A program made the position numbers and the translations under genes. A model generated the notes under the pieces. That model saw nothing but the letters and a program-made list of their open reading frames with translations. It was not told the DNA's origin and searched no databases. Source: Trichodelitschia bisporula (lineage: Eukaryota). Taken from it: 64,000 nt of DNA. The stretch covers positions 558,001 through 622,000 of the forward strand of contig ML996688.1 in NCBI GenBank assembly GCA_010356995.1, given 5' to 3'. Each line of letters starts with the position of its first letter. The stretch's first letter is position 1. Below, one piece after another: positions 1-12,281 of the stretch.

Positions 1-1692
1 GGAATGGCGGAGAGGAGAGGAGAGAGCGATGAAGGGGATGAGAGGATGAGGCGTCGCGATGTGTGACCGGGCCGGGCGAAGCGAGCACTTTTAGTGAGAT
101 TGCTGGGTTTAGAGCCAACTAGCGCGTAGGGATTATTTTGACTAGCGCAAGAGGCTATAACCATTTGGGCCATGATTTTGAGGGTGGTGAGTTATGGATG
201 AGAGGGTGTTGCTGTGTGTTGCTATGAGGTCCTACGGTAGTTCTAGCTCTATGTAGGTAACTTCGTATGTGTGTGAGAGAGTGAGAGAGAGAGGGCCAGT
301 TAGGAGCCTCCCCTTGACCCCTTCGCCCCTTCCCTAACAATTCTGCCTAACCCCTCCAACCCACCCCCAAACCCACGGACCTTCCAGCATTTCAGCCAGT
401 CGTGAGTTCCTTTCTTGAGCACTCAAGTCATGGAAAGTCTGCGCGTGCTTGGTGCCTTCCTCCTCCTCCTCCTCCTCCTCCTTCCCTCCATCCCCCTTCT
501 TCCTTCCTCCCCTACTCATCCTTTCCCACCCCCCCGCTCCTTCCTCAAGCCTGACTTGTTATACCCCGGCCGTTATGATCCTGGCTTAACCGGGAGACAG
601 CGACCTGTTGACTCCTGCGCTACAGGCCTACGAAAAAACCGCCTAGGATCCTCGACCATCCCTGCCACTAACAAGCCGTCAAGAGCGATGAAAGGAAACG
701 GACCTTGGAGGGGGAGGAGGAGGGGAAGGCGCTTGGGCGATGCATCTGACGAACCAAACTGGTACCAAAGGTATCCAAACGTCAACAACTCTATCCAAAT
801 CCTTCCTTCCTCACGAACTACGTATGAGGGCATGTTATAACGAAAGATACATCTGTTGTGTAAAAGAGGAAGCAGAGTCCCCTTCACCTAAACAGAGCGC
901 ATCACCATTATCCCTCCATATACGCGTACTCCTACACATCTTCTTCTCTCCCTATCTCTTTTACATATCGTTATATATCCACCTCTCACGACTGTGAGAT
1001 ACCACCTACAAAACACCCCCTTCGGTGCTTGTCTCGACCAGCAGACGACAGGTTAAGGTTAGGGCGTGAGCAACTCCCGTCCGGGAACACTTCCTTGAGC
1101 ACTGTCTGGCGTCCGTGTGCATGAGAAGAATAGACGCCTCCTACTACTTGCTCTCTTTTGCTCCCCCACTAGAACTAACTCTCTCTCCTCGCGCTCAATT
1201 CACCACGCTTTTCATGCTTCCCGCTGCATCTCACTCAACGCTCTTCTCCACGCCGCAGTCACAGCTCCGGTTCCGCAGATCGTCAATACGTATCTGGACC
1301 ACTTCTAACCCATCTACCCATTCGCATATTTTGGTACCGGCAAGCGACCTCGCCTATACGCACCTATTGAGTCTCGAACGTAGGCGCCTCTCACCCTATC
1401 TTTGAATTTCCCTCCTACCCAACCCCTACACCATCACGCCTCTCGCTCCACGCTCGTCCCGATCCAGATCCCATACGCTCGGACCCCATACGCCTCCAGT
1501 CTTTTCCCCTAGCACGCGGGCAGCCTAAGCAGCCGCGGCGTACATAACAACCCGCCCTGACGCCCATCTACTCCCCCCTCCACTCAAAGATCATCGACAA
1601 AGAGAGCGAAAGCCTGTCCGCCTCAAAAGCCCCAAAAGCAACGGACCACCAGGGCAGCGCGAGACCCCCATTGTCGCGCCAAACTACCCCCC

Positions 1693-1746
1693 NNNNNNNN
1701 NNNNNNNNNNNNNNNNNNNNNNNNNNNNNNNNNNNNNNNNNNNNNN
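1693..1746. other. Assembly gap (54 N) following a C-run
   Basis: N run in the sequence, directly preceded by CCCCCC. Confidence 0.99.
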
Positions 1747-2783
1747 AACCACCATAACCACCCAAAGCGTCTCTTGAATCGACAGCCTTATCCCCCATAC
1801 CCGTCGCTCTTTTTTTCTCTTCACTGAGTGAGGAACCAAGTACACGAACCTTCTCCCCATCCAACAAACCCTCACCTCTCCCATCGTCGCTCATTCTCAA
1901 CACACCGTGTCCGCGTTGTCAAGAACCTACCCTCTTACTACCCCGTCAAAACTGCATCGCGTCGACGCGTATCGCACTTGTCATCCTCAAACATCTCGTA
2001 TCGCACGCAAAGCCGCGTCCTGAACACCTTTGTAATTGACATCACCGCCATCTGCATTCCGGATCTTCTCACCCGCAGCCTTGTTCAACCCGCACCGTTG
2101 TACCACGCCGCGCACAACCACAGCTTCGGGCCTCATAACTCAAGATCCAGTTGTACCGACGAAGAGAATTGTGCAACAACGCGCCCGTCGTCTATTCCGA
2201 GTCCAAAGGATAGGATCCGCCTTGTACGCACCTTTGAGCGTTGGTACGCTGAAAGATATCCCCGATGTACTCACACACTAAGACTTTCCAGAAGTATCTC
2301 TGAATTTACGCGCATCTCTGTTGTTGCACCCGTTCAACCTCTTGCGCCGCAGGAACCGCGGAAAACGATTTAGCGCACCTTTTCGTCGCAAGCCCCCGGT
2401 CTATTCAAGACATTGACGGCGTAGGTGTACCATCCGGCGCCATAGTTCACAAAACTCTATCTGGTCCCCGTTACCTGGCCTGCGTTTCCTCACATCCGCC
2501 TTCGTCGATTAATTCGGCTCCTGCTGCCTCTGGTTGCGACTGGAACCCCTCGACCCCTTCCTGTTTCAGCCTGGTTGAGTTCAACTCGGGCGCCCAGCGC
2601 AGCGAAAACCCGCAACCCTTCGGGTAGCGTCATTGTTGCCAGTCAAGGGCCTCGTGTCGCTTTGCATCGACTTCCTTGGGAAATTCCCGAGGTCACTCCA
2701 ATTCTTCCTGTTTTCGGCCGCCGGGCCCGTCCATAGAAAATACCGTCAAGGTGGCGGCCGCAGTAGCGCATCATCCGACCCAT

Positions 2784-4254
2784 ATGCATCCTGGGTCGGA
2801 TTCAATGGGTGCAACTTCTGGCTTTTCAGCACGGAGACCAAATGCCCAGAGCCTACCGACTTTTGAACTGCCTCCCCCATCCCTTTCTTCGCATCAGCAT
2901 CAACAACAACAGCAGCACCAACATCAGCAAAAGTACCCCTACTCGAACGGGACCCAAGCTTCCGGCACGCTCGCCAGCGTAGGCAACCTCCTTACACCTC
3001 CCAGCACCATCGGCGGCGAGAGCTCCGCCGGTTCGACTGCATCTTCAGTCGCGCCGTACGCACAAAACGGTGGGTACTCAGCCGCGAGCTGGTCTCCCTC
3101 GACCGCGAACTCTGCGTCCTACGGCTTTCAGCAAGGCGGAGGTGCTGCGCAGCATTCGTATCAACCACAGCAGCAGTCCCATCGTGGAAGCGTTGGGTCG
3201 TTTTCACCCCTTCACCACCACAACGGCGGATTAGTGCGGGGGACGCATCCGGCGTCGCCAGCAACGACAGAAGGAAGCGGCATGCAGCCGGGAAGCTATG
3301 AAGTCAGTCTCCCGCCTTTCCCTACTTCTGGATCAGGCCCCATGTCCGCACCACCCACCCTCGCGACTATGGCGCCGCCGCAGCAGCAGCAACATCAGGG
3401 CTCACAGTCGCAACAGCAGAATATGATGTCGGCCCCATCTCCTGTCTCGTCAACCGGCCCACCGCATCCTTCGCCAATCCACGCCCAGGATCAGTTCCGT
3501 GCGCCATCCAACCAAAACTACTATTCATCACAACCTTCAAATAACCCACAGCAGTCTCCCTACCAATATTCCGCTGCGCCACCCCAACACTCTCCACTCT
3601 CAGCCGGCGGCCCGATGTCGCGCCCCCAAATGTCCCCAGCGTCAGCGTCGGGGCCGATCCCGCCGCTGTCCGCTCCCCCGGTACAATCACCACACTATGC
3701 CCCACGCCCCTACGGCCCTCCGTACCAGACTCACGGCCCTGTCTTGTCCAACCTACAGAATCCAAGCGGCGCTCCGGTCTTGATGGGCGGTCTCCCCCCC
3801 AGCATGATGCACGGATTTACCAGCGGACACGCTGCCGCTGGCCTACACATGTATGGCGGCGGCCCTCCAGGGACGGCCCCCGGTTCGCATACTCCGCAAT
3901 CGGGACCAGGCCACAACGATCGACCATTCAAATGCGACCAGTGTCCTCAGAGCTTCAACCGGAACCATGATCTGAAGCGCCACAAGCGGATACATCTTGC
4001 AGTGAAGCCATTCCCGTGTGGCCATTGCGACAAGAGCTTCTCGCGGAAAGATGCGCTTAAGGTCAGTTTTTTTTACTGTGCTGTTAAGCATATGCTGATG
4101 GTAATTGCAGCGCCATATCCTCGTGAAAGGGTGCGGCAAATCTCAGGCGTCGGGTGCAGACGCGGACAAGCGCGAAGGCTCGCAGTCCCCGGCAAATAAG
4201 TCAGCTTCGAAAGACACTCACGACGTGAAATCTGTGTCTGTAGGACACTCGTGA
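2784..4254 (+). CDS. C2H2 zinc-finger transcription factor (two C-terminal fingers, Q/P/S-rich N-terminus); exons 2784-4061, 4111-4254
   Basis: FKCDQCPQSFNRNHDLKRHKRIH-LAVKPFPCGHCDKSFSRKDALK; removing the GT-AG intron 4062-4110 restores RHILVKGCGK to complete finger 2; first in-frame ATG at 2784, stop at 4252-4254. Confidence 0.92.
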
Positions 4255-6497
4255 TTCTTCGCGAGAGGCATAATCCAGTTCATCTCGGCTCTTTTAATGA
4301 TCGCCATCTGACGAGTAAGCGACTCTCGATCGTTCTCCTCGCTTCTTCGATGACAGACAAAATCGCCAGCTGCCAAGCCTGACGTTTCATTGTATAACTA
4401 TGGTGTATGAAGTATAATGGCGGCCTTCCCTTGTAATCCGTCTGCTGTATTTTGTGTTTTTGGACTGTTTTATCTCGTCTGGCTGAGATCTCGGCTATCA
4501 TTTCCCTTGTACTTGGTGGTGTCGGGTGTGGCTGTTGGTCTGTCAAGTAAAGATACGGCTGGAGTTCTGGGCTGTATGGGGCGGGGCTGGGAGGGTTGGA
4601 TACGGGGCCCTTTTTTCATTTTAACTGCGGATACCTCCTTGTTATGATCGTCGGGTCTTTTCTTTTGGTTGCCTCTGCTGCCTTTTCCGTGCTCCTGCTT
4701 TTGCACGTTTCTTCTTGGTTGCTGCATTCATCACTGAATAGTGATGCGGGGGATATCCTACCTGGTGCCGCGGGTCAGCTTTTGTGTTTATGGAGAGGGA
4801 TGCGTTGCTCGGGCGGCCTTTCTCAACTTTTTTGCCGTGCGGGGGAGAGGCGACATGATCTGATATCTTGGAATTGTCGGCTGACGCGCAGATGGTGGAG
4901 AGGAATAGGTATTGACGAGAGATCAAGGTCTAAAATGGGATATATGTTTGAGACTTCTTTAGCCAAGCTCGGTTTACGTCTTCGAGTGCTTTGCCCCTGG
5001 TGTTGTGCCAAATGGCGAGCCTTTGCCCTAGATTACTTTTCCTGATAGAGGAGAAGGTTCGTCCAGAAGAATCACATGCTTATGCTGTTGCTATCTTTAT
5101 GTGAAATTCGTTGACCGTTATTATGGACTGGAAGGTTAACAAGCTCACACGAGGCTTCTTTAGCACGAGTTGGCTTTACTGCGTACGGTATGTCCTTAGC
5201 CGTGACGTGAACCTTGCAAGGGTGCCGTGCGTGCCTTCGGTGCCACTTCGCTGTCTTCAACGGATACCCGGTAAAAGTATTTTCCATCCCCGATCGCGTT
5301 CCAACCTCGACCCGAAGACGCTGCTCATTCCACATCCCTCGTTCCCTTTCCTTTCGAGTCATTGTCGTGGGATTGATGAAGTTGACGTGCAATTCTAATT
5401 TGAGCTGTTTCCGTAGACATCAACACTTACCGATTTACTGCCGTCCCATGTCCCATCCATCATCAGTCACGCCAATCCGACAAAACTGTTATGACGTCGC
5501 TTTCGTTCCTTCCCTTCCCTTATATTGGGACATTGAGACATGGAAAATGCAGAATACCACTGGAGAAATCAACGACTATCTAGTCGTGTAGGCTTTGTCA
5601 ATCATGAAAATGTGTCAGGAGTGCCGTTGCAGGGAACTGGAACTACATGTGGCTGCTGAACAACCCTTCGGATACCTTGATATGCTGTCCAGTCAGGACT
5701 AATTTATACAGCTCAACTTCCCTGTGCTGAGCACAGTAATGGAACACTCTTGTAGTCGCAGAGACCGAGAGCTCCTGTCCCATTATCGATGGTCGAATCG
5801 CATGTTTTCCTTATCCCCCTTTCTGCCTAGTCCGACCCCGGAATGCATACCGTCCGAAAGGGACAAATGTGACGGACCCGATGGCCGGTGAATCTTCCTT
5901 GCGCCAAAAGCCTCAACTCCTCGACTGCCTCTAGTCGTCCCGGGTTTGGTGAGCAACATACTCCGTTGCCAGGCAAAACTTGTTGTGTTTTCTACAAACC
6001 TGTAATTCCCCCGGCAACCGCAGAGCCTTAAGCCGGCGATTTTGCGCTGTCTTGAGCTTGTAGTTTCGCCTGCCACCGTCTTCTCCTTCCACTGAGCAAC
6101 TGACCCGCCCCTTCCCGTACTTCCACCACGCGCGCCTTTCTCCATGCTGCCACCGCCCTGGACTCTCGCTCATATCGCTCGCGTACAACTCATATTTCAG
6201 AAGTCGCATCAACAACTGACCGTTTGCTTGGCTCTACAATTCTGTCCTCCAATACCTATCCCTTCTGGTTGGCTTTACCGTACTCAGTGTCCGGTTATCA
6301 GTGCGCAAAATCCTCTCGGTAAGAATGAAACATTGCGCACATTATCGCGATCTACTAACATCATTGCCTAGGAGGGAGCTTGCGATCCCCAGGGTTTCAA
6401 CCCGCCTCAATTCAATCCGCACTCCACTCCAGGCCTACTTATTCCGGCACCTCGGCCGCCCGCTGCATCTTCACTTGCCTGGATCGAGGCCTGTACG

Positions 6498-9400
6498 ATG
6501 GACCAACCCTTGGTTTGCCAGCGTCCTCCGACACGTCGCCGCCCCTTGGAGGATGCCTCGTCGAGACTCAACGTACCGAATCACTCCGAGTTGGACAAGC
6601 CGCGTCAGATCATGATGTACCCTCGCCCAGAGCAGGTACCCGGAACAACTACCAGCCATAGAGCTCTCGAGGCGCCAATCTCCAATCGGTCGTCCCCTAT
6701 TCCGCAGGAACAACTGGACCCGAATTGTGATTCCTTCCTGTCGGATGCTTCGGGGTATTCACGAAACCGCAAAACTCACATTGGACCCTGGCAACTCGGA
6801 CCCACAGTTGGCAAAGGAGGTACCGCTCGGGTACGGAAGGTCAGGCATATGACGACTGGGCAGGAAGCTGTTGCAAAAATTGTGTCCAAGGAAATCGCAG
6901 AGAAGGTCAGAGCCATCAGCTTGATGAACCTTGTGAAGAGCTCCCGGAACGGCGATCCCGCCTTGATGACAGACTCGTACATCCCCGTTGGCTTAGAGCG
7001 TGAGATCGTCATCATGAAACTGCTCAACCATCGGAACATCGTGAAGCTCTACGATGTCTGGGAGAACCGCAACGAGTTGTAAGTTGACTAGTGTGAGTTT
7101 TCACGCCGAGGCTAATCGTAGAATCTAGGTATCTTGTCATGGAAAAGGTCGAAGGCGGCGAGCTCTTTGAATTCATTGCGCGTAGGAAGTGTCTGGATGA
7201 GGGCATTGCCGTATATCTTTACCGCCAGATCGTCGCTGCCCTTCTTTACCTCCATCGCATCCACATTCACCACCGTGATCTGAAGCCGGAGAACATTCTG
7301 ATTGATGTCAAAACACTGACCGTCAAGTTAGTGGATTTTGGCATGGCTGCTCTGCAACCTAAGGGTGGCTTGCTCACTACCCCCTGTGGCAGCCCTCATT
7401 ACGCGGCTCCTGAACTCCTAAATGGAACGCCTTATGATGGCAGCAAAGCTGATGTTTGGAGCAGCGGGGTCGTATTGTTCGTCATGCTCACCGGCAAGCC
7501 TCCTTTCAACTACCCCGACGATCCATTCGACCAGTTTTCCGAGCAAAAGAAACTCACCATCTTGTTTCGGAACATTCATAGGGCGGATTACAAGATGCCA
7601 GCCAACTTCAGCCCTGAACTCCAAGACCTTGTCCGGCGCATATTCATCGTGGAACCGCCGAATCGAATCTCCGTCAACCAGATATGGTTCCATCCATGGC
7701 TGCAGAAGTACAACAAGGCGCACAATATAGACGCGCACAAGGAGATCGATAGGTGGATCGGGCCGAAACCCAGAATCTCGAATTGGAAGGCGGTAACACG
7801 CAAGAACATCGATCGTGAGATCTTTAGAAATCTGAGGACGTTGTGGCATAGTGAAACGGAGAAGTCGCTCCTTGACTTGCTTTGTAGTCCAGAGTAAGTT
7901 CCACCTGGTGTCTTTGACCGAATGTTTACCAATATCTAGGCCTAACCAGCAAAAGTTCTTCTACAAGGCCCTCATGGGCCACAGGGAGGAGCACCTGGAA
8001 GACTTTCAACCCAATCCGACCGCCATTAACTACTCGTCCAGCGACCATCAGCACATGCTGCCTGCTCCTGTCAGCAATGCCTTATCTTCTGTCCAATCGG
8101 AGCTCATGCACTCGAAATCCGAATATTCGGTTGCCGGCAATGAACAGTTGTATTCCCGCCACAGCTTTTTCGATCTAACCCCATCTGAAATGAGCTACGA
8201 TCCGTACCGGGATGCTCATGAGGCTAAACCCAACTATCTCGAGGTCGCCATCAAGCGGTCTTTGTCTAAGGATGGCCGGAGGGTGAAGCCGGGTCATCGC
8301 TCGACTTTGACCAGGCTCGAAGCCACTCGGCTCGAGGCCGCACGCCAAAGCAGTCGGAAAAGCTCCCGGTCGTACTTCACTGGCACCAATTCTATGCGTA
8401 GCTCGCGTGCTGGTCGAGCATCACACGTATCGTCTCGTATGTCCCTTACCAGCTCCCAGGCAGCTGGTGCTTCCCATGCATTGGTCATTAGGCGCCAGTT
8501 AAGTCACCGTAAGCGTAACGTCAACTTCAGCCATTTGCGGCGAGGCGTCACGCCCGACGATGCCACGCCCGCACCCACGCCGAGCTCAGGTACTTCCGCT
8601 ATTCCAGGTCCCAACAAAGTGATGCCGAGTCATCCGCGAGCCATACCTGCTCACAGTCATCGGGTTGACAGCCCCACCCCTCCTCATGCGCCCACTGGTG
8701 GTGCTGTTCGATCTCTGAAGGAGAAGCTTAAAGGGACAACTTCTGCTCATCGCCCGACAAAGCCGAGGGAATTCGACTCGGACGCGCGCCAGGCGAGTGC
8801 CGAATTTGGAAAGGTGTGCGAAGAAGCCTTTTTCCAGTCTTCGTTTGGCTCGACCGCCACTTCGAATATCACGGAGCAGCGTACCGCTCGTACGGACACA
8901 CCGCCTTCTTCCTTGTTAAGAGACTCTGTGAACCTCTCCACAGGCGACCTTTCGTCCCGGGTCGACAAGGTGGTTCTCAGGAATCGCCCGCTTCCTCCAA
9001 CCCCCGACTACCCGAGGATCCAGGTCACGGGAGAGAAAGGCGGAACCGCGGATGGAAGGCGGTCGGTGTCCGCTCCCCAGGATCGGTCCTACCACAAAAC
9101 TGTCCCCGATCAAGACATGAACCACCTCCATATCATCCCTGAAGAAGGCCGGTTCGCGGATGACGAAAACAACACGGATTACTACAATTCGCCTGTGTAC
9201 CAGCGCTCACCCTACCGATCTGTGACTGATCCTCAGCCATATTCGCAGGTGTACCGGCCTGAGGCGACCATCCGCTGCGTAGGCGCATCGACTCCTTCTC
9301 CAGCTGGGTCTTTCGGAGCTCCATCTCCACTCGCAATCAGGAAGCAAAAGAGCAACATAGGGCAGGAGAGGTCGCCCACTCCTTCTGCGGATAAGCCTCA

Positions 9401-10316
9401 TCCTGTTTCCATGGTCTCGGATGCCAGCGATTGGCAGGATTGCAATAGCTCAGGTCCATCATCTGCCGTAGACCTTACACATCCAGGTACGTGACTTGCT
9501 GATACGTATTGCCTTTTACAGATTCGCTAATGTATATACAAGATGGTACCCGTAAGGGATACCCGAACCACACGTTTGAACTAAGCTCCGTTCAAAGACA
9601 GCGGTCCGTCCGAAAGGGAGCTCAGGCTAGAGGCGGCGAGGCGAAGAAAGGCTTCATGAATCTCTTCAAACGCAAGAAGCGTAAGTCACTCGAACCTCTC
9701 TAACTGCAAGCTAAATCACCCAAAACAGGCACGGATGCAGTGATCTCAGAGGTTCCCAGCTCGCCTCCTAGCATGGTACCTTCGAACAGCCAGGTTTTCG
9801 TCAAGCCGAAGGACAATACACACTGGAATGCATTGCAGCGCTGGCTTCGCATCAGGCCATTCACCGCCAGCACGATCATCGTTTCCAGCCGCGTCAACGC
9901 TCTCAACACCGTACGCATGTTCCTCGATGAAATCCGGGGCCCGCTCGGCATTCAGGGCATTTCTGCTGAAGGATGGACCGTGTGTGCCAACGTCCCGGAA
10001 GATAACGGTAATCCCTTCGCTGTGATGTGATTCGTGAGCTAACGCGAGGTGTCATACAGAGGCTTCGGCCAAGCCAGCCAGCTTCGCCATTGAAATTTTC
10101 GAGATGCAGCGGAACTATCGTCCTATCGGGGTGCAGCTCATCCGAATCACACAGATTCGCGGTGCTCAAAGCACTGTCAAAATCGTTGTGTCCAAATTAG
10201 GCGCCTTTCTCCGTAAATTCAACCTGATCCTGGATGACAAGGCCGAAGCGAGCCGATTGATCGCAGCCTTCAATGCGCCGCTTGAAGCCGTTCAAGAGAA
10301 GCTGAACCAGGCATAA
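6498..10316 (+). CDS. Ser/Thr protein kinase, Nim1/Hsl1/Gin4/Cdr2 family; exons 6498-7078, 7129-7893, 7940-9486, 9543-9680, 9729-10007, 10060-10316
   Basis: IGPWQLGPTVGKG, GLEREIVIMKLLNH, HRDLKPEN, DFGMAALQP, CGSPHYAAPE, IFRNLRTLWH; five introns join the ORF pieces in frame; putative KA1-like C-terminus. Confidence 0.92.
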
Positions 10317-11026
10317 TACTCTCTTACCCTGTGACTCTCATACCCTGAGTATCAAGGATCAATCAGGGTTTCGGGATTAACGTGTCTATTCCATGGACAC
10401 TCATGTCTGCTCCTTCATATTCCTTCCAGAGTACGCGTTGACATGTAATGGTGTTGTTAGCGGCTGATTCCCCGAGATGTCAGTTCAGGCTTCACATGTT
10501 TGGATTGGTAGTGTGGTAATAGTCTTGTGGTCCATGGGTTCATGGCTTTATCTAGCCGTCTTACCACGATGAATAGCCTGGCTTGGGAGGTGGCGGGAGC
10601 TCAATATGTATGGGGGCTTGTAAGAGTAGTTGTGACACATGGTTGAATGGTAGGGTCAGATGTGGTTCAATTCGAATTCAACCGGGTGACTGGCGTGAGC
10701 TTCGTGGTCTACTCGCGTTTATGGGGGCAAGCAGCGATGGTTGAGAGTATGATGCAGTCCCGAGGAACAATTACTGAGATTAAGATGTCATCGACTAGTT
10801 ACCTTGAGTCGCAACTCGATGAAGCGCTGAAGTGTTCATTTGCTGAGTCTACTACACCTTACGTAGCCACACTCCAACCGACGACCGTCCCAAAAACTCC
10901 ATTTCCAGCGGCTTGACACAATAGGCTTTGTGGCTTCCGCTGCCCCAGCCCGATCGATTCATAACTTCGTCGGCATATACGCCACGCCTGGAGCCAAGAC
11001 AAGGAAATGCGAGTTTGCAGCTAGCT

Positions 11027-11617
11027 TCACTTCGCGTACTGCGCTGTCCACTCCTGCGCGGTCTGGATGGCGGCATTTTGGTCCTGCTTCCACCGCTGGG
11101 CGACGTCATTCGCTAGAGGGTCATCTGGATTCGGGGCGCCCAGAAGAGCTTGAATGGAGAGGAGAATGGTCCGTATCTGTAGAGCCGGAGACCAGTTGCC
11201 TGAGTGGTCAGCCACGCACAGCGCCCAAAATTGTCACATACTCTTCAGCACATCCAAGCATATCCGGCCAAGGCGATCGATGTTGGGATGGTAAATCTTG
11301 GTGAGAAACCGGACCTTGGGCGGCGTCATCGGGTAGTCGTCAGGCAGGAAGAGCTCAAGCTTGAAGGTGCCACCTGATCCGTCAGTGTCAAGTGCGGAGG
11401 TACCGGAAAGCTCAGCTTACCTTCGTACGGAGACTGCGAAGGGCCATCGATCTTAACGTCGAAGTACCTCAGGTTGTCTTCATGGGGAACTGCACTGATG
11501 CCCGGGACACTGGTCAAGTTTAGTCGGGCGTATCTGGCAACTGATGAGCGGGGTGGTTCCTTACGGCTCAGCCATCAGACGCTCCGTCTCCTTGATGATG
11601 CGCTTGGGAAGAGCCAT
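11027..11617 (-). CDS. UBC13: Ubiquitin-conjugating enzyme E2 Ubc13; exons 11617-11565, 11509-11421, 11373-11242, 11199-11027
   Basis: Spliced product [34 protein letters not shown]...[50 protein letters not shown]. Confidence 0.96.
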
Positions 11618-12281
11618 GATGCTCAGAGAGCCCCGCTGCGGGGAGGATTTCGGGCCGGGAAGAGAAGGTTGGTTGCTGGCGGTGGGGTTTGAAGTGTTGA
11701 CAAGGACCAGAGCGGGTCGGAAAGCGGCGTGTGGGGTAGGTACAGCGCGGGCACAAGCTGGATGACAACGAATAGGTCAAGGTTCAAACGCGAGATCAAA
11801 TCTAAGGTAGGTGGGGAGGTTGAAAGGGGAGGTGAAGAGAGAAGGGGGGGTTTTCGGGGTTATTTGGAAAGCCTGATTGACGGCGAGCAGGGCGAATGTT
11901 CAGGTCTGCCCCGCGCCACCACGAACTGGCCGAGTAGATTCTTGGCGGGTCTCAGGCATAGATCATCGGACGCGCTATGCGTGGGGGTAGAGTACAGTAC
12001 ATACGGGTAGAGTAGAAGTCGTCGACACTGCATACGCATACTGGTACGGCATTTTATTGTACATCCCCCCACCTCTCATCAATCTGTTCGATAGTCCGAA
12101 GAAGAGCTGAAAGCTCCATTTTGGCAACCCTACGGCCTTCCCATCCCATTGTTCTTCTGATACGTTCATGATCCCTACCGTACACTGTACACGCGTCATA
12201 TTACGATGACCTCAACTCCGCAGCTCCAAACTGCGCTAGCCATAGCTCTTCTGCCTCCTCGCCGGTGCGCATTCTGCAACC

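Noticed and set aside
155..2400. Short ORFs, including the signal-peptide-like 415-840
   Set aside because: The Leu and Glu runs derive from a (CTC)n tract; no domain or splice model supports them
2784..4254. Naming the C2H2 gene flbC, crzA or msn2
   Set aside because: The finger sequence does not match what I recall for those proteins, so the symbol is left blank
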